From Gammaproteobacteria bacterium (GTDB lineage: Bacteria; Pseudomonadota; Gammaproteobacteria; WFUO01), in contig WFUO01000061.1 in assembly GCA_015484945.1 (NCBI GenBank), positions 3,510 through 67,509 on the forward strand: 64,000 bases of DNA, in the 5' to 3' direction. Under the pieces are notes generated by a model, which saw only the letters and a list, made by a program, of their open reading frames with translations, had not been told where the DNA came from and searched no databases. This document shows positions 38,426-50,932 of this stretch, piece by piece. Position 1 is the first letter of the stretch, and every line of letters starts with the position of its first letter. Both the position numbers and the translations under genes were made by a program.

Positions 38426-39643
38426 TCATCTTTCAGCCGCTTCAATACTCGGGATGAATGGTTGAGGTTCGTGTTGTCTCGAGTGCAGGTGATTTTCGAG
38501 TTCCTGCAGGGCTTCGAGCACCAGCAGTGATTTCTCGCTCAGACGCTGGATCAGGGCGGACAACTCGGCCGATGTGCAATCGCCACGCGCCACTTCCAGC
38601 AGTTGATGGCCCAGGTCGTGCAACTCCTCGTGTGGCTGCTCCAGCCTTTCATACGCATCGATACCTTGCAGGCATTTGCCTTGCCCGTAGTACCACTGAC
38701 CGAGCTTGCACCGGGTGTGTTGCATTTCCGGTATGCCGCGAATGTTCTCCAACGGACGCTGTTCCTTGCTCGTGAACAGGAAATAGGCGGTATCGATGAT
38801 GGTCTTGCGCCACTGGATATGATCCAGCTGTGCCATGTACAGCAGGCCGATGGGCATGGCGGGGAGTTTTTCGTAGCCACGAATGAAATCGATGAATCCA
38901 TCGAGCGGCAGGGGCCTGGAGATCCAGTATCCCTGACCGACGCGGCAACCGTATTCCTGCAATACCTGGTAGCTGTGCTCGTTCTCGATGCCCTCTGCCA
39001 CCACGGTGATATTGAGCTGGTGCGCCATGCGGATACTGGCCTGCAGGATTTCGCGATCCTTTTCCGAGACCGACATGTCGCGTACGAACTTTCGGTCGAT
39101 CTTGATGATCGTGAAGGGCCAGCGGCTCAACTCCACCAAGCCGGAATGCCCGGTGCCGAAATCATCCATGGCGATCTGGATGCCGGCGTCGGCCAGTCTA
39201 AGCAGGGCCTTGCGGGCCTTGTCCTCCTCGAGCAATACCGTTTCGGTCACCTCCACCTCGATGCTGGATGCCTCAATCTGGCGCGCCCGAACCGCCTTGA
39301 TGATGGTTTCGGTCAACGTCTGATCGTGGAAATCCTTGCCCGAGGCATTGAAGGAAATCCGCAGTCCGGGATGTATCGATTCGATCAGGGGCTGGTCGAT
39401 GACGATCTGACGGAATACGTACCGGGTGATCTTGCCGATGTGACCGGATGACTCGGCCAGCGGAATGAAATCCATCGGCGGCACCAGCGTGCCATCAGGA
39501 CGCTGCCAGCGTATCAGGGCCTCGGCGCCGCACAGCTCACCCGTGATCATCGATACCTTGGGCTGGTAGTGCAGGACCAGTTCCCCGTTATCGAGGGCCT
39601 CGAGGATGTCACTGATAGCGATTTTTTCGTTTTTCTTTATCAT
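38426..39643 (-). CDS. EAL phosphodiesterase fused to a C-terminal CZB (chemoreceptor zinc-binding) domain
   Basis: EAL motifs are intact: [30 protein letters not shown]. The C-terminal ~130 aa carry CZB landmarks: [25 protein letters not shown] (His, Cys, H-x3-H). Confidence 0.85.
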   Translation of the reverse strand: MIKKNEKIAISDILEALDNGELVLHYQPKVSMITGELCGAEALIRWQRPDGTLVPPMDFIPLAESSGHIGKITRYVFRQIVIDQPLIESIHPGLRISFNASGKDFHDQTLTETIIKAVRARQIEASSIEVEVTETVLLEEDKARKALLRLADAGIQIAMDDFGTGHSGLVELSRWPFTIIKIDRKFVRDMSVSEKDREILQASIRMAHQLNITVVAEGIENEHSYQVLQEYGCRVGQGYWISRPLPLDGFIDFIRGYEKLPAMPIGLLYMAQLDHIQWRKTIIDTAYFLFTSKEQRPLENIRGIPEMQHTRCKLGQWYYGQGKCLQGIDAYERLEQPHEELHDLGHQLLEVARGDCTSAELSALIQRLSEKSLLVLEALQELENHLHSRQHEPQPFIPSIEAAER

Positions 39644-39773
39644 CAGAGACTATTTCGGCCACTTGCGCGATGTCTTGAGCCTGACGGTTGCAGAGGATGG
39701 CGCCTGTTTCCGAGAGGGGTCGAATACCGTGTCAGGCTGGCTGCACGGGCGGCAGATCGTGTACCCTCTTGGC

Positions 39774-41555
39774 ATGCCCATCCAGACCCTGCCACCGCAA
39801 CTCGTCAACCAGATCGCCGCCGGCGAGGTGATCGAACGCCCGGCCTCGGCGGTCAAGGAGCTGCTGGAGAACAGCCTCGACGCCGGGGCCGATCGTCTCG
39901 AGATCGACATCGAGCAAGGCGGCAAGGCCCTGATACGGGTGCGTGACAATGGTTGCGGAATCCCGCCCGGTGAGCTGGCGGCGGCGCTGGGGCGCCATGC
40001 CACCAGCAAGATCGCCTCGCTGGAGGACCTCGAGAACGTCACCAGCCTGGGATTTCGCGGCGAGGCCCTGCCCAGCATGAGCGCGGTGGCGAGGCTGACA
40101 CTGATTTCACGCGCGGCCGGCGAGCAACAGGGCTGGCTGATCCGCGCCGATGGGCACGAGCGGTTCGCGGAGCCGGAGCCGGCGCCACACCCGCCCGGCA
40201 CCACGGTGGAGTTGCGCGACCTGTTCTACAACACCCCGGCCAGGCGCAAGTTTTTGCGTGCCGAGCGCACCGAGTTCGGGCATATCGACACCATGGTGCG
40301 GCGCCTGGCGCTGAGCCGTTTCGATGCGGCGTTCACGTTGCGTCACAATGGCCGGGTCGTGTTCCGGCTCGAGCCAGCCAACGATCAGGACGCGCAGGCA
40401 CGCCGGGTGGCAGCCTTGTGCGGCGATGCATTCATCGAGCAGGCGGTGTTCATGGAGATCTCTCAGGCCGGCATGCGCCTGCGCGGCTGGGTCGGTCTGC
40501 CGGGATTTTCCCGCGCCCAGGCCGATCTTCAGTATTTCTTTCTCAACGGGCGCATGGTGAGGGACAAGCTCGTGTCACATGCCTTGCGCCAGGCCTGGGC
40601 CGATGTGCTGTATCATGGCCGGCATCCCGCCTGGGTGCTGTTTCTCGACATGCCGCCGCGGCTGGTCGATGTCAACGCCCATCCGGCCAAGTACGAGGTG
40701 CGTTTCCGCGACAGCCGCCTGGTGCACCAGTTCCTGCAACGCAGCGTCAGCGACGTGCTGGCGCGTTTGCGTCCCGGTGATACCCCGCCCGATTCGCTGA
40801 TGCCGGCAGCCGCGGGGGCGCCGGCTGCTGCGTCTGTCACGCAGCGCGTGGCGCCGGCCGCCCAGCCGGGCCTGGGACTGGGCGTGCGCGAGCAGATGCA
40901 GCGCTACGAGCGCCTGCACGGGATCAGCGAAACCGCTATACCGGATCCTGCCACGACGCAGGACAAAGAGATTCCACCGTTGGGCTTTGCGCTGGCGCAG
41001 CTGCACGGTGTCTATATTCTGGCCCAGAACGCCGATGGGCTGGTCGTGGTGGACATGCATGCCGCGCACGAGCGCATCACCTACGAACGCCTCAAGCACA
41101 GTCACACGCACGAGGGCATTCGCGCCCAGCCATTGCTGGTGCCGGTCACCATTGCCGTGAGTGAACGTGAGGCCGATCTGGCCGCCAGTCACGCGGAATG
41201 GTTCACCAGCCTGGGTTTCGAGATCGACCGCAGTGGTCCTGAAAGCCTGGTGGTGCGCCAGGTACCCAACCTGTTGCAGCGCGCCGACGTGGCCGCGCTG
41301 GTGCGGGATGTGCTCTCGGACCTGGTGACGCACGGCACCAGCGGCCGTTTGCGCGAGGCCGTCAACGAGGTGTTATCGACCATGGCCTGCCATGGCTCGG
41401 TACGCGCCAACCGGCAGCTCACGATCGCCGAGATGAATGCCCTGCTGCGCGACATGGAACGCACCGAGCGCAGTGGCCAGTGCAATCACGGTCGCCCGAC
41501 CTGGCGGGCATTGAGCCTGGCCGAGCTCGACCGGCTGTTCATGCGCGGGCAGTGA
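39774..41555 (+). CDS. mutL: DNA mismatch repair endonuclease MutL
   Basis: Internal ATG 39774. [39 protein letters not shown] is the GHKL N-terminus. Confidence 0.95.
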   Translation: MPIQTLPPQLVNQIAAGEVIERPASAVKELLENSLDAGADRLEIDIEQGGKALIRVRDNGCGIPPGELAAALGRHATSKIASLEDLENVTSLGFRGEALPSMSAVARLTLISRAAGEQQGWLIRADGHERFAEPEPAPHPPGTTVELRDLFYNTPARRKFLRAERTEFGHIDTMVRRLALSRFDAAFTLRHNGRVVFRLEPANDQDAQARRVAALCGDAFIEQAVFMEISQAGMRLRGWVGLPGFSRAQADLQYFFLNGRMVRDKLVSHALRQAWADVLYHGRHPAWVLFLDMPPRLVDVNAHPAKYEVRFRDSRLVHQFLQRSVSDVLARLRPGDTPPDSLMPAAAGAPAAASVTQRVAPAAQPGLGLGVREQMQRYERLHGISETAIPDPATTQDKEIPPLGFALAQLHGVYILAQNADGLVVVDMHAAHERITYERLKHSHTHEGIRAQPLLVPVTIAVSEREADLAASHAEWFTSLGFEIDRSGPESLVVRQVPNLLQRADVAALVRDVLSDLVTHGTSGRLREAVNEVLSTMACHGSVRANRQLTIAEMNALLRDMERTERSGQCNHGRPTWRALSLAELDRLFMRGQ

Positions 41556-41610
41556 GCCCGGGTGAACCGGTTCCGCATGACTTCGTTTACATCCTGTGGC
41601 GCGGTGACTG

Positions 41611-42567
41611 ATGCAGACGAGTGACAACGGCAAATCCTGCGCGATCCTTCTGATGGGTCCCACCGCCTCCGGCAAGACCGATCTGGCGCTGGAGATTGCG
41701 CGGCGGTTCGACGTGGAGATCGTCAGTGTCGATTCGGCCATGGTCTATCGCGGTATGGACATCGGCACCGCCAAGCCGGATGCCGCCACGCTGGCGGCTT
41801 TTCCGCACCACCTGATCGATATCCTGGATCCGTCCGAGTGTTATTCGGCTGCACGATTTCGTGAAGATGCCCTGCGCGTGATGGCGCAGATCGGCGCCAA
41901 TGGCCGCATCCCGTTACTGGTGGGCGGCACCATGCTCTATTTTCGCGCGCTGTTTCAGGGTCTTTCAGCATTGCCGGATGCCGACCCGGCAGTGCGCGAG
42001 GCGCTCGAGCGCGAGGCGGCGGCGCTGGGCTGGCACGCCATGCATGCGCGTTTGGGCGAGATCGATCCGGTTGCCGCGGCACGTATCCACCCGAACGATC
42101 CACAGCGCATCCAGCGCGCGCTGGAGGTGTATGAACTCACGGGCCGCCCGCTGAGCGAGTTGCAGCGTCAGAAGAACGAAACGGCATTCCCGTGGCGCGC
42201 CTTGCGCATTGCCCTGTTTCCAGCCGAACGAGGCGTTTTGCACGCACGGATTGCGCAACGTTTCGATCAGATGCTGGAACTCGGCTTCATCGACGAGGTC
42301 AGAGCCCTGTACGAGCGGGGCGATCTCGACCCGGGCATGCCATCGATGCGCGCCGTGGGTTATCGTCAGGCATGGGACTATCTCGACGGGCGTCTGGACC
42401 GTGAACAGATGCGCGAGCGCGCCATCATCGCCACCCGGCAACTGGCCAAGCGCCAGATGACCTGGCTGCGGTCAGAGACGGATGTTCGCCGGTGTGATCC
42501 TTTTGTGTCGGGAATGCAGAATAACTTATTGAAATATATAGAAGATGCTGTTTCAAGCAGCGGTTAG
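41611..42567 (+). CDS. miaA: tRNA dimethylallyltransferase
   Basis: [28 protein letters not shown]. Confidence 0.94.
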   Translation: MQTSDNGKSCAILLMGPTASGKTDLALEIARRFDVEIVSVDSAMVYRGMDIGTAKPDAATLAAFPHHLIDILDPSECYSAARFREDALRVMAQIGANGRIPLLVGGTMLYFRALFQGLSALPDADPAVREALEREAAALGWHAMHARLGEIDPVAAARIHPNDPQRIQRALEVYELTGRPLSELQRQKNETAFPWRALRIALFPAERGVLHARIAQRFDQMLELGFIDEVRALYERGDLDPGMPSMRAVGYRQAWDYLDGRLDREQMRERAIIATRQLAKRQMTWLRSETDVRRCDPFVSGMQNNLLKYIEDAVSSSG

Positions 42568-42730
42568 GGAGAGAATATGTGCTATACTTTTGCGCACGAG
42601 TGTCTTTATCATGGTGGTAACCGGACAAAGAGTCCGGCAATATTGGCCCGTACATGCTTTTTGTGGTGATTTCTCATGCGCCGCAATGTCGGGCGGCAGA
42701 ACAATTAGAACATTTTCAGGAGAATAAGAA

Positions 42731-42982
42731 ATGGCAAAAGGGCAGTCATTACAAGAACCCTTCCTCAATGCCTTGCGCAAGGAACGTGTTCCGGTATCCA
42801 TCTACCTGGTCAATGGCATCAAGCTGCAGGGACAGATCGATTCCTTCGACCAATTCGTCGTGTTGCTGAAAAACAGTGTCAGCCAGATGGTTTACAAGCA
42901 CGCCATCTCGACCATCGTGCCGGCACGCAACGTCAAGCTGGCCCATTCGGACGACGGTAACGGTGGCCAGGGCAATTACTGA
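42731..42982 (+). CDS. hfq: RNA chaperone Hfq
   Basis: [48 protein letters not shown] are the Sm1/Sm2 motifs. Confidence 0.98.
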   Translation: MAKGQSLQEPFLNALRKERVPVSIYLVNGIKLQGQIDSFDQFVVLLKNSVSQMVYKHAISTIVPARNVKLAHSDDGNGGQGNY

Positions 42983-43026
42983 ACCTGCTTCCATGCGCAG
43001 TCTGCCGCCAGGCCGGGAGGGCGCCG

Positions 43027-44340
43027 TTGTTTGAACGTCCCCGTACCGGCGAAAGGGCGGTACTGGTCCATATTGAACTGCAATCCGAGGGTGAACACGA
43101 ACAACTGCGGGAGTTCCGCGAGCTGGCCCGCGCTGCCGGCGCTTTGGTGTGTGCCGAGATCACCGGAACACGTCAGCGTCCCGATCCGCGCTATTTCGTC
43201 GGGCGTGGCAAGGTGGAAGAGATACGCGCCGCCATCGAGGTCCATGAAGCCGATCTGGTCCTGCTCGACCATGCGCTCAGTCCGTCACAGGAACGCAATC
43301 TCGAACAGGCGCTCAAATGCCGGGTGCTCGACCGTACCGGTCTCATCCTCGACATCTTCGCCCAGCGCGCAAGGTCGTTCGAGGGCAAGCTGCAGGTCGA
43401 GCTGGCGCAGCTTCGTCATCTGTCCACGCGTCTGGTGCGTGGCTGGACCCATCTCGAACGGCAGAAGGGCGGTATCGGGCTGCGCGGGCCCGGCGAGACC
43501 CAGCTCGAGACCGACCGCCGGCTGCTTGCGCAGCGTATCCGGCAACTGCGCAGCCGGCTTGACAAGGTCAGCGCCCAACGCGAACTGGGGCGCCGCGCGC
43601 GCAGCCGCGCCGAGGTGCCGACCATCTCGCTGGTCGGCTATACCAATGCCGGCAAGTCAACGCTGTTCAATCGCCTTACCGATGCGGGTGTGTTCGAGGC
43701 AGACCAGTTGTTCGCCACGCTCGACCCCACGTTGCGGCGTCTGGAGCTGCCAACCGTTGGACCGGTCGTGCTCGTCGATACCGTGGGTTTCATCCGTCAT
43801 CTGCCGCACGATCTGGTCGAGGCCTTCAAATCCACACTCGAGGAAACCAGCCGCGCCAGCCTGTTGCTGCACGTCATCGATGCCGGTGACGAGGAGCGTG
43901 ACGACTTCATCGATCAGGTCGAGCGGGTGCTGGCAGAGATCGGTGCCGAGGAGGTGCCGCAGTTACGGGTATTCAACAAGATCGACCTGACCGGCACCCG
44001 CGCCGGCATCGACCGTGACGAGAGCGGGCGTATTCGCCGGGTGTGGGTGTCGGCGGCCACCGGCGAGGGACTGGACATGCTGCGCGGGGCCATTGTCGAG
44101 TTCTTCAGTGGACAGGTGGTGCATCGCCGTCTGCATCTGTCCTGGGGGGCCGGGCGCCTGCGCGCACAGCTGTATGAGAATGACGTGGTCGTGGCCGAAC
44201 ACCAGAACGGGCAAGGCGGTTATGTACTGGACGTGCAGATGTTGCAGGCAGATTTCGAGCAACTGCTGGCGCGTCATGCAGACGAAATCACTGTCGAACC
44301 CCCCGAAGGGGCGCTTGCAGTGGGGGCGGGGGGTCCCTAA
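43027..44340 (+). CDS. hflX: GTPase HflX
   Basis: TTG start. GVGLRGPGETQLETDRR-type motif (GIGLRGPGETQLETDRR) and G1 motif VGYTNAGKST. Confidence 0.93.
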   Translation: MFERPRTGERAVLVHIELQSEGEHEQLREFRELARAAGALVCAEITGTRQRPDPRYFVGRGKVEEIRAAIEVHEADLVLLDHALSPSQERNLEQALKCRVLDRTGLILDIFAQRARSFEGKLQVELAQLRHLSTRLVRGWTHLERQKGGIGLRGPGETQLETDRRLLAQRIRQLRSRLDKVSAQRELGRRARSRAEVPTISLVGYTNAGKSTLFNRLTDAGVFEADQLFATLDPTLRRLELPTVGPVVLVDTVGFIRHLPHDLVEAFKSTLEETSRASLLLHVIDAGDEERDDFIDQVERVLAEIGAEEVPQLRVFNKIDLTGTRAGIDRDESGRIRRVWVSAATGEGLDMLRGAIVEFFSGQVVHRRLHLSWGAGRLRAQLYENDVVVAEHQNGQGGYVLDVQMLQADFEQLLARHADEITVEPPEGALAVGAGGP

Positions 44341-44454
44341 AATGGCCCGGCCGTCGCAGATGACGAAACAAGCGCGACATTGGCATGCGCGCCGGGGTAC
44401 ACTGGCGGCGCAGACAACCGTATCACACGCAAGACAACCAACTGGAGTCCACGC

Positions 44455-45600
44455 ATGGCCTGGAACGAACCTGGTGGCGGTAAAGACAACGATCCCTGGG
44501 GATCGCGCAAGAAGGGGGATGGCCCTCCCGATCTCGACGAGATCGTGCGCAACATTCAGAACAAGTTCGGCGGCCTGTTCGGCGGCAAGGGCCGCAAGGG
44601 CGGCAATGGGAGCTCAAGCGGTGGTGGGGGCAGTTTTGGCTTTGGCGCCCTGATCGTCATCGCGCTGCTGGTGTGGCTGGCTTCCGGCATCTATATCGTC
44701 GATCAGGCCGAGGAGGGCGTGATTCTGCGGTTCGGCAAGTACACCGAGAAGGTGGGCCCGGGTCCGCACTGGCATCTGCCGTATCCGATCGAGAGCGTCG
44801 TCAAGGTCAATACCGGCCAGGTGCGCAGTCACCGGCACAGTACCCAGATGCTGACCAAGGACGTCAATCTGATCGAGATCGACCTTGTCGTTCAATACCG
44901 TGTCGTGGATGTGGAGAAGTTCCTGTTCCGTGTGCGCGCGCCGATACGTACATTGGAAGAGGCCACCGAGAGCGCCCTGCGCGAGGTCATCGGCAAGAAG
45001 AAGATGGATGACTTCCTCAGTGGCGGGCGCGCGCAGATAACCGCCGCGACGAAGAAGAAGATCCAGGCCATCCTCAACGAGTACCAGACCGGCCTGTCCA
45101 TCATCAATGTCAGCCTGCAGCGATCGGCGCCGCCCAGCGCGGTCAAGCAGGCCTTCGAGGATGCGATCAACGCCGAGGAAGACGAGATCCGCTACCGCAA
45201 CCAGGCCGAGACCTACGCGCGTGGCGTGGTGCCCAAGGCCGAGGGTGCACGCGAGACCATGATCCGCGAGGCTGAGGCCTATCGCAAGCAGATCGTTGAC
45301 AAGGCGCGTGGCGAGACCAGCCGTTTCCTTGCCACGCTCAGGGAGTACCGGCGTGCGCCTGCGGTCACGCGCAAGCGAATGTACCTGGATACCATGGAAT
45401 ACATTCTGTCGCGGTCGAGCAAGGTGCTGATCAAGATCAAACAGGGCAACAACATATTGTATCTGCCACTGGATAAATTCATGAACGACCTGCGTCGCAC
45501 AAAACCCGCTGTCAGTACGAACAGCACGGAGACCGCTGCCGGTCAGGCAACCCGATATCCCGGCACTGGCAATGGCTACACGGGTGGGAGGATTCGCTGA
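44455..45600 (+). CDS. hflK: FtsH protease modulator HflK
   Basis: MAWNEPGGGKDNDPWG is a classic HflK N-terminus with SD ggag upstream. SPFH domain. The track start at 44380 is an extension. Confidence 0.93.
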   Translation: MAWNEPGGGKDNDPWGSRKKGDGPPDLDEIVRNIQNKFGGLFGGKGRKGGNGSSSGGGGSFGFGALIVIALLVWLASGIYIVDQAEEGVILRFGKYTEKVGPGPHWHLPYPIESVVKVNTGQVRSHRHSTQMLTKDVNLIEIDLVVQYRVVDVEKFLFRVRAPIRTLEEATESALREVIGKKKMDDFLSGGRAQITAATKKKIQAILNEYQTGLSIINVSLQRSAPPSAVKQAFEDAINAEEDEIRYRNQAETYARGVVPKAEGARETMIREAEAYRKQIVDKARGETSRFLATLREYRRAPAVTRKRMYLDTMEYILSRSSKVLIKIKQGNNILYLPLDKFMNDLRRTKPAVSTNSTETAAGQATRYPGTGNGYTGGRIR

Positions 45601-46475
45601 TGTCCACACGTACCCTATCCATCATCATCATTCTGGCGATTGGCGGTTTTCTGCTCGCCAATTCGGCCTATACCGTGACCGAGAACCAGACCGCGCTCGT
45701 GCTTCGCCTTGGCAAGGTCATCGAGGTCAGGAAGGAACCGGGCCTGTACTTCAAGACCCCGTTCATCAACAACGTGCTCAAGTTCGAGAAACGGCTGATC
45801 ACGCATGACACACAGCCAACCGCTGTGCTCACCGGCGAGAAGAAGGAGGTGCTGGTTGACTACTACGTCAAATGGCGCATCGTTGATGCCAAGTCCTTCT
45901 ATGTCTCGTTCCGTGGTGGCGAGCGTACCGCGGCTTTCCGGCTTGGTGAGATCATCAAGGGCGGGCTCGAGGTCGAGCTTGGCAAACGCACGATCAAGGA
46001 TGTGGTCTCTGCCGAGAGAACCATCATCATGGACAGCCTGCAAGAGCGCGCCAACAAGGAAATGAGCAAGTACGGCATGGAGGTGGTCGATGTGCGCATC
46101 AAGCAGATCGAGCTGCCGCCCGGAGTCAAGGAATCCGTGTTCAAGCGCATGCGTACCGAGCGTGAGCGTATCGCGCGCGAACACCGCGCCAAGGGCAAGA
46201 AGGAGGCGCGTATCATCAAGGCCGATGCCGACAAGAAGCGTGTCACCATCCTTGCCGATGGCCGCCGCCGCGCCGAGATCATCAAGGGGCAGGGTGATGC
46301 CGAGGCGACACGCATCTATGCCCAGGCCTATGGCGGCGCGAATGCCGAGTTCTATGCCTTCTACCGCAGCCTCGAGGCCTATCGCAACACCTTCAACAGC
46401 AAGAACGACATCCTGGTGCTGGAGCCGGATTCCGAGTTCTTCCGATATTTTGGCAATACACGTGTCAACAAGTAA
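45600..46475 (+). CDS. hflC: FtsH protease modulator HflC
   Basis: SPFH/band-7 protein immediately after hflK, with a 1 nt overlap. Confidence 0.93.
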   Translation: MSTRTLSIIIILAIGGFLLANSAYTVTENQTALVLRLGKVIEVRKEPGLYFKTPFINNVLKFEKRLITHDTQPTAVLTGEKKEVLVDYYVKWRIVDAKSFYVSFRGGERTAAFRLGEIIKGGLEVELGKRTIKDVVSAERTIIMDSLQERANKEMSKYGMEVVDVRIKQIELPPGVKESVFKRMRTERERIAREHRAKGKKEARIIKADADKKRVTILADGRRRAEIIKGQGDAEATRIYAQAYGGANAEFYAFYRSLEAYRNTFNSKNDILVLEPDSEFFRYFGNTRVNK

Positions 46476-46495
46476 TCACCGATTGTGTTGCCTGT

Positions 46496-46529
46496 CCGCA
46501 AAAGACCCGGTTCACCGGGTCTTTTGCGG
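46496..46529 (+). terminator. Perfect 15 bp stem-loop between hflC and the DUF2065 gene
   Basis: ccgcaaaagacccgg (46496-46510), loop ttca, ccgggtcttttgcgg (46515-46529). There is no U-tract after the stem, so it may be an attenuator, a processing site or an RNA-stability element rather than a full terminator. Confidence 0.4.
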
Positions 46530-46543
46530 CATGGGGTACGCGC

Positions 46544-46735
46544 ATGCCTGAGGACTTGCTCGCAGCGTTGGCATTGCTGCTGGTGCTGGAAGGGATCATG
46601 CCGTTTCTGAGTCCGGCAGCGATTCGCCGGTTGTGGAGAGAAATGGCGCATATGAGCGATCGCAGCCTGCGCCTGGCGGGTCTGGTAAGCATGATTGCCG
46701 GCCTGCTGATGTTGATGTGGGTAAAAAGGGGCTGA
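46544..46735 (+). CDS. DUF2065 small membrane protein (YjeT-like)
   Basis: 63 aa with two hydrophobic helices (ALALLLVLEGIMPFLSP and LAGLVSMIAGLLMLMWV). Same position as E. coli yjeT, after hflC. Confidence 0.8.
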   Translation: MPEDLLAALALLLVLEGIMPFLSPAAIRRLWREMAHMSDRSLRLAGLVSMIAGLLMLMWVKRG

Positions 46736-46808
46736 TCCGGAGTGATCGGGGGCCCGAAAACAGGTAAACTTGCCCGCTGGTAAACCGCAAACACGAACAG
46801 TCACACGC

Positions 46809-49356
<2,548 letters not shown>

Positions 49357-49609
49357 CTGCCCCGTAGGCGTGCAGGGTGAGAAAGCAATGCCGGGTGTAC
49401 AGAGACACGGTGTCGCAAAGGGCGTGATTTAAGGAAGCCCTGATCAATTCGTGCGTGGTTGCCAAGCAGCCAAAATAGCAAGCAGCCAGCGTATCTTTGC
49501 TTTAATCACCACCAATGAACACCTGTGTCTTGCGTGTACTCAGTGATGATTCCACGACCGTGATAGACAGTGACTGGCGGATGACCTCTGCACGGGTTAC
49601 AGTCTGGTT

Positions 49610-50902
49610 ATGACAGACAACGACAAGCTGGATCTGCGCCAGGTGATCGCCATGGGGGTTGGGGCGATGATCGGCGGCGGTATCTTCTCGGTACTGGGTC
49701 TGGCCGTTGCCCAGGCCGGACACGCCGCGCCACTGGCGTTCGTGTTTGGCGGCCTGATCGCACTGCTCACCGGGCTGTCGTATGCCGCGCTGGGTCTGCG
49801 TTATCATTCCGAAGGGGGGAGCTTCACCTATCTCGAGGCCGCGTTTCCCAATCATAACGTTGCCGGAATCGGCGGCTGGCTGTTACTGGTCGGCTACATT
49901 GGCACCCTGTCGCTGTATGCCTGGACCTTCGGCAGCTACGGCGCAGCCATGCTCGGCAGTGGTGGCGATCCCGCGCCTCGCCACCTGCTGCAATCACTGA
50001 TCCTGCTGACCTTCCTCGGCATCAATCTCTATGGCGTGCGCGAGACGGGTACCGCGGAACTGCTGATCGTGACCGTCAAGGTACTGATCCTGGTGCTTTT
50101 TGCCGTATTGGGCCTGCAAACGCTCCGCGCCGGTCATCTGTTGCCTGTTTTCGACAAGGGCATGACGGGCATGCTGATGGGCGCGGCCCTGATCTTCGTC
50201 GCCTATGAAGGTTTCGAACTGATACCCAATGCCGTCAATGACATGCGGAATCCACAGCGCAATCTTCGGCGTGGTATCCTGTGGTCCATCGTCATCACCA
50301 TCTTTGTCTATGCCACTGTTTCGCTGGTCGCGGTCGGCAATCTGACAGCGGAGGACATCAGCCGCTACGGCGAGTATGCGCTGGCTGTGGCGGCGAGACC
50401 GTTTCTCGGCGAGGCCGGATTCCTGCTGATCGGCCTGGCGGCGCTGTTCTCCACTGCCTCGGCAATCAACGCCACGCTGTTTGGCACCGCGCGCCTGGGT
50501 GTGGAGATGGCCAGAAAGAAGGAGCTGCCGCAGGCGTTCAGCTTTCGACGCAAGCCAGGCAACATACCGTGGGTGAGTCTGGTCATCATCAGCCTGATCA
50601 CGCTGGTATTCGTCAATCTTTCCGACCTGACCATCATCTCATCCTTTGCCAGCTCCACGTTTCTGCTTATCTTTGCCGCCATCAATCTCTCGGCCTTGCG
50701 TTTGCGCGCCATGATCTCCATATCACCATGGATACCGCTGGGTGGATTGTTGCTGTCGCTTGCCTCGTGGCTGGCACTGATGGTCTATCTGGGTTCGAGC
50801 AACATGGATAGCCTGTATCGTCTCGGTGGCATCTATATCGTCGTGATCCTGGCCGAACTGTTGTTCAGTCAACGACGATGCATCTGCATGGGAAAGAAGT
50901 GA
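49610..50902 (+). CDS. APC superfamily amino acid/polyamine permease
   Basis: 430 aa, about 12 TM segments, with N-terminal VIAMGVGAMIGGGIFSVLG typical of APC permeases. The substrate cannot be called. Confidence 0.8.
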   Translation: MTDNDKLDLRQVIAMGVGAMIGGGIFSVLGLAVAQAGHAAPLAFVFGGLIALLTGLSYAALGLRYHSEGGSFTYLEAAFPNHNVAGIGGWLLLVGYIGTLSLYAWTFGSYGAAMLGSGGDPAPRHLLQSLILLTFLGINLYGVRETGTAELLIVTVKVLILVLFAVLGLQTLRAGHLLPVFDKGMTGMLMGAALIFVAYEGFELIPNAVNDMRNPQRNLRRGILWSIVITIFVYATVSLVAVGNLTAEDISRYGEYALAVAARPFLGEAGFLLIGLAALFSTASAINATLFGTARLGVEMARKKELPQAFSFRRKPGNIPWVSLVIISLITLVFVNLSDLTIISSFASSTFLLIFAAINLSALRLRAMISISPWIPLGGLLLSLASWLALMVYLGSSNMDSLYRLGGIYIVVILAELLFSQRRCICMGKK

Positions 50903-50932
50903 CCACGTGAATCACTACAGGAGGTAGCCGTC

